DNA of 64,000 nt, taken from IMG/VR virus record IMGVR_UViG_3300023176_002545. The stretch is one strand, 5' to 3'. Below, in pieces: positions 1 through 7,186 of the stretch; position 1 is the first letter of the stretch, and every line of letters begins with the position of its first letter. The notes under the pieces are model-generated. The model saw only the letters and a list, made by a program, of their open reading frames with translations, did no database searches and had not been told where the DNA came from. Origin of the DNA: a virus. Made by a program: the position numbers and the translations under genes.

Positions 1-76
1 CCAAACCTATTAATTTTTAATGCTTCATCTTTTACATTCTTTGATGCTAATGTAGTACGCTTTAAATATTTCATTA

Positions 77-409
77 TTACACTCTCACATAACTTGAGGT
101 AACAGTAAGTGCGTTAGCATTGCTTACTAGTACTTGTATACTGTCATTTTCTTCAAGAACAAATTTTTCTGTATCTAAACTAAAACTTTCTCCTGCAGGG
201 ATTGCTAAATTTTTCATTACCGTATTATCATCGCCTGCTGCATCGCCAGCTGCGACCACATATAAATCTACGGTTACATCTGTGCTAGTTGACGTGTTGC
301 ACAAAATCATAATCGTAACAGCTATATCATTCCCGCCGCCGACAGCTTGGTTGTTTAACAGAACTTCTGTTGCGTTAGTGCCAGTTATTCTTACATTTTT
401 TATAGCCAT
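77..409 (-). CDS. Small beta-rich virion structural protein (putative)
   Basis: 110-aa beta-rich ORF with an aggaa RBS, last of the head-strand run visible in the window; function inferred from context only. Confidence 0.55.
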   Translation of the reverse strand: MAIKNVRITGTNATEVLLNNQAVGGGNDIAVTIMILCNTSTSTDVTVDLYVVAAGDAAGDDNTVMKNLAIPAGESFSLDTEKFVLEENDSIQVLVSNANALTVTSSYVRV

Positions 410-420
410 CTTTACGTTCC

Positions 421-1503
421 TTAAAACAGCAATCCATAAATGATTGCTTTTCGTCTGCTTGCAATTTCATCTCTGCCTTCAGGAGTAGCTGCATACAACC
501 CAGTACCACCTCCAGCAACGTCACCTGCATACAATTTTGTTCCTACGTTAGGCGGTGGAAGTGCAGGTTCACTTACATTCTTAACCATTAGTATATCGTC
601 AAGAATACGTATGCTTCCTGTACCGCTTACAGTTAATACTAGATCTGAGTTTGACCCCATGCTTTCTAGCATTGTACCATTAGCTACGCCTTTAACTCTT
701 AAACCTTGAGAATCTATTGCGTTATAAAATTCAAAACCATCTTCAAGTGTAGCTCTAAAAGCAGGTACATCATCAATAGTAAATTCAATTTCACTATTTT
801 GAATCCAGTTAACACCTTCTTGCTTAACAGTAACCGAAGTTTTGCTAATTGGTGCAAATGTTACAGGATCTAAAAGTGTACTTGAAATTGTTGGAACACC
901 AGTACCGTTTAGATAATCAATAATTTTCCAGTCAACATAGCCTTTGTTAGCTAGTATCTTGTCATCATCATTACCAAAGTATCCTGCTGATCTTGGTTCA
1001 ATTGCTTCTGTATAAGAAGCACTATCAACTTCAATAGTGCCACTTGCTCCTATGCCTTGGAATAAAAACTTAGTTCCAGCATTCATTATAATGCTGCTAG
1101 TTTTTAGCGGAACTGGAGTTTCAATTCTTGTTCCGCCTCCACTAAATGATTCTTGGAAAAAGTTTATAACACCGTAGGATTGTACGCCTGTCTGAGGATC
1201 TGTAAATGTTATGTCTTCGTCGTGTACTATGTAAGTGTCAGGTATGCCATTACCTCTGTTAATGTGCAAACCTGACTTTCTAAAACTTATAGCACCTTGT
1301 GTACCTGGATCACCTTCGTTTAAAGTTATTATTGGATCTTTAATTGTGGTGATGGTAGATTCAACTGTAGTTGTATTACCAGTTACAGTTAAATTACCGT
1401 CGACGATGACATTACCAGTTGAGCCTGGATCTAAAATGATCTGGCCACCTGGTTGTGATTTTATTTTATAATCGCCGTCGGGTACATTAACTAGTCTTAA
1501 CAT
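421..1503 (-). CDS. Virion structural protein with a tail-fibre-like module
   Basis: 360 aa with gagg RBS. Segment VDGNLTVTGNTTTVESTITTIKDPIITLN...SGLHINRG closely resembles modules in the fibre at 44281-50235 (VDGDLIVNGTTTTVDSTTVSIADNIITLN...AGIEVNRG). Confidence 0.6.
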   Translation of the reverse strand: MLRLVNVPDGDYKIKSQPGGQIILDPGSTGNVIVDGNLTVTGNTTTVESTITTIKDPIITLNEGDPGTQGAISFRKSGLHINRGNGIPDTYIVHDEDITFTDPQTGVQSYGVINFFQESFSGGGTRIETPVPLKTSSIIMNAGTKFLFQGIGASGTIEVDSASYTEAIEPRSAGYFGNDDDKILANKGYVDWKIIDYLNGTGVPTISSTLLDPVTFAPISKTSVTVKQEGVNWIQNSEIEFTIDDVPAFRATLEDGFEFYNAIDSQGLRVKGVANGTMLESMGSNSDLVLTVSGTGSIRILDDILMVKNVSEPALPPPNVGTKLYAGDVAGGGTGLYAATPEGRDEIASRRKAIIYGLLF

Positions 1504-1533
1504 TATATTTCCTCATCAGTAACTTACTTGATG

Positions 1534-1974
1534 TTAGCCATCACCTTCAGTATCGTCAGCACCTGTTAGTACGTCATCTGCTGTACCAAGAGTTGCGTCA
1601 ACACCAGCACCAATGCCTGTACCAGCTTCTTCAACTGCTACTGTTGCACCTGTACCTGTGAAGTCCCAATCAATTCTAGAACCATTGTCCATGGTTAGAA
1701 CACGACCGGAAATTTTAGTTACTTGACGAGCTGTTCCGCCATCGTCTACAGTGATTGACATTTCACCTGCTGCTAGTGCTGCTGATGCTTTGTCTACAAG
1801 GTAACAAGTACCTGTATCTGTACCGCCTGCATTTGAAACTTTGAAACGCTTTGAACCAGTTTGTTTTACAATGTAACCTGGAGTTGATCCGTTACCTGAA
1901 TTAAACTGAACTTTGATTTCGCTACCGCCTGCTGTAGGTGCACCGAAATATCTTTTGTTAATTGGTCTTCCCAT
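1534..1974 (-). CDS. Putative head decoration or capsid-associated protein
   Basis: 146-aa Gly/Thr-rich ORF (MGRPINKRYFG...) with a taggag RBS and its own TAAATA promoter, downstream of the capsid gene; function inferred from position. Confidence 0.55.
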   Translation of the reverse strand: MGRPINKRYFGAPTAGGSEIKVQFNSGNGSTPGYIVKQTGSKRFKVSNAGGTDTGTCYLVDKASAALAAGEMSITVDDGGTARQVTKISGRVLTMDNGSRIDWDFTGTGATVAVEEAGTGIGAGVDATLGTADDVLTGADDTEGDG

Positions 1975-1981
1975 TTGTTTT

Positions 1982-2066
1982 CTCCTATAAAGTAGTCCTA
2001 TCCGGGTTCTATCCGGTACGCTGTGGGTAACAGCATAAGTCCGCCTTGCGGCACACTATCTGACAC
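1982..2066 (-). ncRNA. Candidate structured 5' leader RNA of the 146-aa gene
   Basis: GC-rich island in an AT-rich genome, between promoter and RBS: GCC-GCAA-GGC (GNRA loop), GCUGU-UACCC-ACAGC and CCGG-N7-CCGG hairpins, plus a CCGGAUAG direct repeat. Confidence 0.45.
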
Positions 2067-2069
2067 AAG

Positions 2070-2076
2070 TATTTAT
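2070..2076 (-). promoter_or_regulatory. T4-like late promoter core (ATAAATA)
   Basis: Minus strand reads ggATAAATAc, just after the terminator at 2107-2129 and about 95 nt before the 146-aa start. Confidence 0.6.
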
Positions 2077-2106
2077 CCATAACGCCAGAAAGGTGAAAGC
2101 ATAGAT

Positions 2107-2129
2107 AAAAAAACCCGCCGAAGCGGGTT
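2107..2129 (-). terminator. Rho-independent terminator (UUCG tetraloop)
   Basis: Minus strand reads AACCCGC-UUCG-GCGGGUU followed by a U-run; ends the pqqA transcript. Confidence 0.85.
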
Positions 2130-2174
2130 ATTCGCAATCTTGCGTTTCTAGCAAACGTTGCATGTAATCTTCAT

Positions 2175-2246
2175 CTAGCGGTTCATTACATACATTGTTA
2201 CTTCGAAACCAAAACGCATTTCTTCTGCTATAGGTTTTGTCCACAT
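2175..2246 (-). CDS. pqqA: PQQ biosynthesis precursor peptide PqqA (23 aa, MWTKPIAEEMRFGFEVTMYVMNR)
   Basis: Hand-translated; absent from the ORF track. Strong RBS GAAAGGAG 6 nt upstream. Matches the PqqA pattern MW.KP....R.G.EVT.Y..NR, including the Glu-x3-Tyr pair that is cross-linked, and has the canonical length. Confidence 0.92.
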   Translation of the reverse strand: MWTKPIAEEMRFGFEVTMYVMNR

Positions 2247-2307
2247 ATGCTTCTCCTTTCAAATAATATTTAAACATAGATGAAAGGAAAAAGCATACGT
2301 AAAATCA

Positions 2308-2394
2308 TTAAAGACTGCTCAATATAAAATTGATTCTATTTCTTCGGTGCTGAATGATTAGTTGTTTGTAGCACCATAGTGTGAAGTTGTCCAT
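2308..2394 (-). CDS. Riboswitch-controlled 28-aa basic peptide (MDNFTLWCYKQLIIQHRRNRINFILSSL), function unknown
   Basis: Hand-translated. RBS UAGGAG 7 nt upstream of ATG, directly 3' of the glutamine riboswitch aptamer. Confidence 0.7.
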   Translation of the reverse strand: MDNFTLWCYKQLIIQHRRNRINFILSSL

Positions 2395-2423
2395 TACACT
2401 TCTCCTACTTAAAGGGTTAAAGT

Positions 2424-2466
2424 GCGTTCCTTCGCATTATGCTACTTCCGTCCCGTAGGATGAACG
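2424..2466 (-). ncRNA. Glutamine riboswitch (glnA RNA motif, glutamine-I class), minimal form
   Basis: Minus strand reads CGUUCA-UCC-UACG-GGA-CGGAAGUA-GCA-UAA-UGC-GAAGGAACGC: P1 CGUUC/GAACG, short P2 and P3 hairpins, and the CGGAAGUA...GAAG core of the glnA consensus. Confidence 0.85.
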
Positions 2467-2472
2467 TAAAAA

Positions 2473-2479
2473 TATTTAG
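2473..2479 (-). promoter_or_regulatory. Late promoter core (CTAAATA) for the riboswitch-peptide-pqqA transcript
   Basis: TAAATA lies immediately after the capsid terminator and 6-7 nt before the aptamer 5' end, consistent with late-promoter start-site spacing. Confidence 0.65.
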
Positions 2480-2481
2480 TC

Positions 2482-2510
2482 AAAAAAATAGGCCCCTAAG
2501 GGCCTATTTT
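2482..2510 (-). terminator. Rho-independent terminator after the major capsid gene (possibly bidirectional)
   Basis: AAAAUAGGCCC-UUAG-GGGCCUAUUUU plus UUU: 11-bp stem with A/U tails, about 22 nt after the capsid stop codon. Confidence 0.9.
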
Positions 2511-2532
2511 AGTGTTTTATAAAAAATAAAAC

Positions 2533-3702
2533 TTAGCTGAAGCTTACGTTAGAGATCGCAACACGCTCAACGTAGTCCGCTGCATTACCAAGAGATGATG
2601 CAGTGTTGTTTAGCTCAACATAACCATAACGTGTCATGAAGCTAACTACTGGCTCGAATGTGTCTGGATCTAGAACAACGCCGCTGCTCATCAATGGAAT
2701 GTATGGGCAGTAGAATGCTGCTGCATCTGCTTCAGATGAACCTTTGTAACCAACTAGTACGTCAGTGTCGTCTGCTGCATATGTATCAACGTAGATTCTC
2801 ATTGCGTTGTTTAGTGTACCAACGAACTTAGTGTTTGTTGGTGCTTCGAAAGTACCTTCTGTAGTACGAGCAAATGCACTTGTAGTTGCAGACTGTAGGA
2901 TTGTCAATGCTTGTGGTGAAACCACTGCAAAGTTACCTGCACCTCTACGTGTACGCTGTGCAATTTTGTTTGCTTGTCTGTTGATTAGAACTGCAAGTGC
3001 TGCATGCTCATCACCAACAAATGTTGCTGTACCAGATACTGCTGCCTGGTTGAATGTTTCACTTGCTGTACCAGCTAGTGAACGTAGTGAACCTAGGATT
3101 TCTTGGTCAATCTCAGTTGTAATTTCCTGAGCAAGAGCTGCCATGATTTCAGCTTCAACGTCAATGCCCTGTTGAGCTTGTGCGTCTTGAGCTGCTTCAA
3201 AAGTCCAGCGAGCTGATAGCTTTCTGGATTTTGCTTCAACAGTTTGCTTGAGGATTTGGATTGACATCTTACGTCCTGGAGCACCTTCAAGTGTTGCAGT
3301 TGCATCTGCTTTACCATTTGGATCAGTGCCTGCACCTGAATATGCAGTTGCAATCTTAAATGGTGATAGAGCTTCGTCACCTGCTGTTACGTTATCGTTT
3401 GATTCAGCATAACGTACTCTTAATGTGTGGATCTGACCCACTGGACCTGTCATTGGTTGTACACCAACTAACTCGTTTGCGATAGTTGTTGGCATTACAC
3501 GTCTGATGACTGGTAAAATGACTCTGTTTAGAGTCGCGACGTTACCGGCAGAAGTGGCACCAGCTGTTGCACTTTCTGACAAATACTTGCGAGTATTTTC
3601 AAGTGTTACAGCCATAACTGACTTACGATTGCCTTCAAGGCCTTCGAGCAGTGCTGTTTTAGTGTCCTGCCAGCGGCTTTCTAGTAGTTCTGACATTTTC
3701 AT
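2533..3702 (-). CDS. gp23: Major capsid protein (T4 gp23-like)
   Basis: gp23 family motifs GVQPMTGPVGQIHTLR, RKLSARWTFEAAQD, LAQEITTEIDQEI, FYCPYIP and MTRYG; strong terminator follows. Confidence 0.95.
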   Translation of the reverse strand: MKMSELLESRWQDTKTALLEGLEGNRKSVMAVTLENTRKYLSESATAGATSAGNVATLNRVILPVIRRVMPTTIANELVGVQPMTGPVGQIHTLRVRYAESNDNVTAGDEALSPFKIATAYSGAGTDPNGKADATATLEGAPGRKMSIQILKQTVEAKSRKLSARWTFEAAQDAQAQQGIDVEAEIMAALAQEITTEIDQEILGSLRSLAGTASETFNQAAVSGTATFVGDEHAALAVLINRQANKIAQRTRRGAGNFAVVSPQALTILQSATTSAFARTTEGTFEAPTNTKFVGTLNNAMRIYVDTYAADDTDVLVGYKGSSEADAAAFYCPYIPLMSSGVVLDPDTFEPVVSFMTRYGYVELNNTASSLGNAADYVERVAISNVSFS

Positions 3703-3709
3703 GTTCTCC

Positions 3710-4807
3710 TTATTTGATTCCCGCTAAACGACGAATGTCGAAAATATTGCTTTCGGATTCGTCCTTTGCACTACTAATACTAGTATTAACTTTATTGCCT
3801 GTGATTTCTGTGCCTTCTGTCAGTGCCTTCTTCTTCGCTGGAGTTTTACCGTCAATAACGGCCGGTAGGTATTTGTCAAACTGTGCTTGTAAGCGGTTAG
3901 TCTGAACAGATTCCAGTAAGTCTGTCATTATCTCTCTTTGCTCACTGTTAAGTGGGCTTAGGAGCTCGTGAAGCTTTTCTTTACGCATCATTGTGTCGTT
4001 AGCTTGAGCAATTTCTTGCTGTTTGCTTTCAACTAAAGCAGTTTTTTCTTGAACAACTGCTTTCGCTTCTGCTAGTTCTTGCTCTTTTTTAGCAACAACT
4101 TTTAGAAGTTTAGCTGTCTCTGATTTCTCATTAAGATAGCTGTTATTGTACTCTGATGCAAACGCTTCAAAGATCTTACGACCAAAGTCGTTCTTACGTG
4201 CTAGATCGATATCCTCTTTCAGTGTAACAATCTCTTTGTTAAGTGATTTGCTTACTGTTTCAGCAACGAGTTTAGAGCTACGTTTTACAAAAGTTTCTTT
4301 AACTTTTGCAAATTGAGCTTTTGCTTCTCTTATCAATCGCACTTTAGTTTCTGCAAGATCCTTTTTATCTGTATGGAACTCTGCAATTTCTTTAGCTAGA
4401 GCTTCTACAACAAATTCTTCAAGTTGACCGTATTTGCCAGCCATTACTTTCTGATCTTCGTGTAGTTCTTTGACTTCTTTTGCTAGTGATTCAACAACAA
4501 AGCCTTTTAGTAGATCTGCGTTTTTACGCATTGCTACTGCATACTTTGCTTTTGCTTCAGCTAACTGTTTGCGATCTTCTGCAAACTCAGAAATCTCAGC
4601 TTGAAGACGGTCTTCAACTAGCTTATCGATAGCTTCAACCATAACGCCTTTGTCATGTTCGTATTTTTTAGCAAACTCTTCACGTAGTTCTGTAACTGCC
4701 GCTGTTTTTGCTTCTGCAACACGAGCATTCCATGCTTCTTCAATCTCCGCTCTTACATCTTCGGAAATCACGTTGTTCTCAAATAGGTTTTTTAGTGCGT
4801 CCAACAT
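3710..4807 (-). CDS. Prohead scaffolding (core) protein, gp22-like
   Basis: 365-aa E/K/A-rich coiled coil between protease and capsid genes; GRKIFEAF motif. Confidence 0.8.
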   Translation of the reverse strand: MLDALKNLFENNVISEDVRAEIEEAWNARVAEAKTAAVTELREEFAKKYEHDKGVMVEAIDKLVEDRLQAEISEFAEDRKQLAEAKAKYAVAMRKNADLLKGFVVESLAKEVKELHEDQKVMAGKYGQLEEFVVEALAKEIAEFHTDKKDLAETKVRLIREAKAQFAKVKETFVKRSSKLVAETVSKSLNKEIVTLKEDIDLARKNDFGRKIFEAFASEYNNSYLNEKSETAKLLKVVAKKEQELAEAKAVVQEKTALVESKQQEIAQANDTMMRKEKLHELLSPLNSEQREIMTDLLESVQTNRLQAQFDKYLPAVIDGKTPAKKKALTEGTEITGNKVNTSISSAKDESESNIFDIRRLAGIK

Positions 4808-4821
4808 GTTCTTCTCCTCTA

Positions 4822-5448
4822 TTATCGGAGCCCGTTGATGATATTCATCAACTGATTCTTTAGGTATTTTTGTGCCTTAGCATCGTCCCTAAGTTCTTGT
4901 GCCATTCCAAATGCCTTATACCCACCCCTGGTATTCATAAGATGCTCATAAATTGGTGTTGGGTAGGCACCTGGAGCACTTGGCTGAGCGACCACATCAA
5001 CTGTTATAATTTCAAAGTCGCTTACTTCGCCGGATCCATCTTCACTGACGTTTCCGGAACCTCTTGAACTTACACCAAGTTTTACACCGGCCTCTAGCAT
5101 TGTTTTTACTAGAGACCCCATTGGTGTAGGAATAAGTTTAAGTTTTCCATAACCGTTTGGGCCATCCATCCACATTTTTGTGATCATATGGCTTACACGA
5201 TCTAAGTTAACATTAAGACCTTGCGGATGATCTACTTCGCCAAGAACCGAATATCCTCCTTCAATCTGCTCGTTGAGCGTCTTGACAGCCCTGCTAATTT
5301 CTTGCACTGGATACACACGCTGATTGGCATTTCTTACACCGCCTTGGATGAAAATGCCTGACATGTGAAGGTCCTTGCCTTCATTTGCAGACTCAACGAC
5401 CATGTTTGCCTGGTCAAATGTCAAGTTCTCTTGGAGTACATTCATCAT
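4822..5448 (-). CDS. gp21: Prohead maturation protease (T4 gp21-like)
   Basis: GIFIQGGVRNANQRVYP, LGEVDHP, VSHMIT, LGVSSRGSG and DVVAQPSAPGA motifs of gp21. Confidence 0.92.
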   Translation of the reverse strand: MMNVLQENLTFDQANMVVESANEGKDLHMSGIFIQGGVRNANQRVYPVQEISRAVKTLNEQIEGGYSVLGEVDHPQGLNVNLDRVSHMITKMWMDGPNGYGKLKLIPTPMGSLVKTMLEAGVKLGVSSRGSGNVSEDGSGEVSDFEIITVDVVAQPSAPGAYPTPIYEHLMNTRGGYKAFGMAQELRDDAKAQKYLKNQLMNIINGLR

Positions 5449-5462
5449 TTAAAGTCTCCTAA

Positions 5463-6269
5463 TTAGGCTTTAGCTTTTGAATATGCTGGAGCTTTTTTGT
5501 TGCCTGGCTTGTTAACATTACCTGCATCTTCAACAGTTGCTTTATCGGCTTTTCCGCCTTTTTCTTCTGCTGAACCTTGTGCAATGTTACCTGCTGAACC
5601 ACCCATATCATTTTTACCTGCTACAACTGATTTAGCTTTGTTATCTTCGCCTTTGGCATCTGCTACTTTAATAGTATATTCGTCTAGCTTTTCGCCATCT
5701 TTATCCGCTGATTCAAACTCGAAACCTTCATCGGCTTCCATATCATCTTCAGCTTCGCCGCCCATGTCCATGTCGCCCATATCGTCTGCTGCTGGCTCTT
5801 CACCACCTGCACTTGCTAACATGTCTTGGAACTCTTTTTCAAGTTCGCTTAGGGCATCTTCGAGGTCTTCAACACGATCTTCAAGTTCGCCTTCTCCAGC
5901 TTCTTCGCCTTCGTCGCCGCCCATGTCGTCCATGTCTGCCTCTTCATCATCGCCTTCGTCGCCCATTGCGGCCACGTCGTCGATCATATCATCAGCTGGA
6001 TCTCCCATTTCGTCCAACTCTGAATCTTCATCTTCATCAGAAGCTTCTTCAACTGCTTCGTCGTCGTCTTTTTCAGACTCTTCAACTTCTTCATCAGTTT
6101 CGTCAGTTGCTTCTTCGATGTCTTCGTCTTCTAGATCACTTTCTAGTAGACCTTCATAAATATCTCTTGATTTTTCCACTACGATTTCGTGGAATAGTTC
6201 TTCTGCTGCTTCACGCTCTTCATTGATTAGGAGCTCAAGCATCTTTTCAAATTTGCTACGATCAGTCAT
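5463..6269 (-). CDS. Highly acidic prohead core or scaffold-associated protein
   Basis: 268 aa with a very D/E-rich low-complexity centre, taggag RBS and TAAATA promoter at 6309-6314; lies between portal and protease. Confidence 0.6.
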   Translation of the reverse strand: MTDRSKFEKMLELLINEEREAAEELFHEIVVEKSRDIYEGLLESDLEDEDIEEATDETDEEVEESEKDDDEAVEEASDEDEDSELDEMGDPADDMIDDVAAMGDEGDDEEADMDDMGGDEGEEAGEGELEDRVEDLEDALSELEKEFQDMLASAGGEEPAADDMGDMDMGGEAEDDMEADEGFEFESADKDGEKLDEYTIKVADAKGEDNKAKSVVAGKNDMGGSAGNIAQGSAEEKGGKADKATVEDAGNVNKPGNKKAPAYSKAKA

Positions 6270-6333
6270 TGTGTTCTCCTTTTTTTAATTTACAAGGCTG
6301 TCAATAAGTATTTACAAATTATACAATAAACTA

Positions 6334-6933
6334 CTAAGAAATAGGCTCAAAACGAGCCATTTTGAGTTTTTCATCCATTTTTTCATATGTAATATTAGAA
6401 AAATTAGGATATCTCAGTAAATCTTTAGGTGTAAAACGGTACTCATCTGTAATTATTCTATAATAATAAGTATTCGGATTATCCCTAATAATCAACTGTA
6501 ATTGCCGTATCCAGTTGCCAAAATAAGTTGCTGGACTTTCTGCTGGTTTGTAGTTTTTTGTTCCACCGTATATATTATTGAGCTTATCGTCATTGCTTTC
6601 AAAATCAAAACCTGATATGAAAACTGTAGTTGCTTTATTATATGTAGCAAGCCAAAGTGCTGTTGGGCCGCTACTCCAACCTAAATGCTCTGGCATAAAG
6701 TTTACACCTTCAATATTTCTAAATCTGTTGTGTTCTCTAGTGTAAAATTTAGTAGAAAGATGAGCCTTATTGTCTATTATCTCTTGAACCATAGGTGGAT
6801 CAACTGCTACTAGATAATCTACAGTTTCATCTCTATAAATGGCATTACAGCCATAAACAGTACCATACTGCTTGTATTGCTGTATATTAAAGTTTTTTCT
6901 TGATTTTCCGTTGCCAAGGACGAAGCAATGCAT
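6334..6933 (-). CDS. Hypothetical enzyme, Rossmann-like (MptE/DUF115 or GT29-like)
   Basis: Motifs FVLGNGKSR, VYGCNAIYR, VAVD, WSSGPTAL and ISGFDF are typical of that fold; family not resolved. Confidence 0.5.
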   Translation of the reverse strand: MHCFVLGNGKSRKNFNIQQYKQYGTVYGCNAIYRDETVDYLVAVDPPMVQEIIDNKAHLSTKFYTREHNRFRNIEGVNFMPEHLGWSSGPTALWLATYNKATTVFISGFDFESNDDKLNNIYGGTKNYKPAESPATYFGNWIRQLQLIIRDNPNTYYYRIITDEYRFTPKDLLRYPNFSNITYEKMDEKLKMARFEPIS

Positions 6934-7172
6934 TACATACCTGGTTGAGCAGGTACACCATACATTTGTCTAATGAACTCAAGCTCTTCTTCTTTTTCTT
7001 GCTCATGCAAGTCGCTTGCAACTCTTAGTTGATTAAGTTGCTCAAGTGTTAGTCTTGTTTTGCGAGTGTCGCTAACTTTGACCACATCGGAATCCATGTC
7101 AGGATTGTAACGGCCATCCTGGCTCATTTCCAGTGTATCTTTATCAAAGTAAAAGAGTTCTCTTAGTATCAT
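6933..7172 (-). CDS. Small head-associated protein (79 aa)
   Basis: Directly after portal; TAAATA at 7178-7183; N-terminus MILRELF; contains RKTRLTL motif. Confidence 0.55.
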   Translation of the reverse strand: MILRELFYFDKDTLEMSQDGRYNPDMDSDVVKVSDTRKTRLTLEQLNQLRVASDLHEQEKEEELEFIRQMYGVPAQPGM

Positions 7173-7186
7173 AAAACTATTTATCC

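Noticed and set aside
2128-2277. 49-aa minus-strand ORF (MFKYYLKGEAYVDK...) overlapping pqqA in another frame
   Set aside because: No RBS, runs into the terminator stem and has no recognisable motif, whereas the nested 23-aa frame has a strong RBS and the PqqA signature. A gene caller could pick it by mistake.
5497-6226. Plus-strand ORFs of 220 aa and 137 aa
   Set aside because: Ser- or Leu/Arg-rich antisense shadows of the acidic minus-strand gene.
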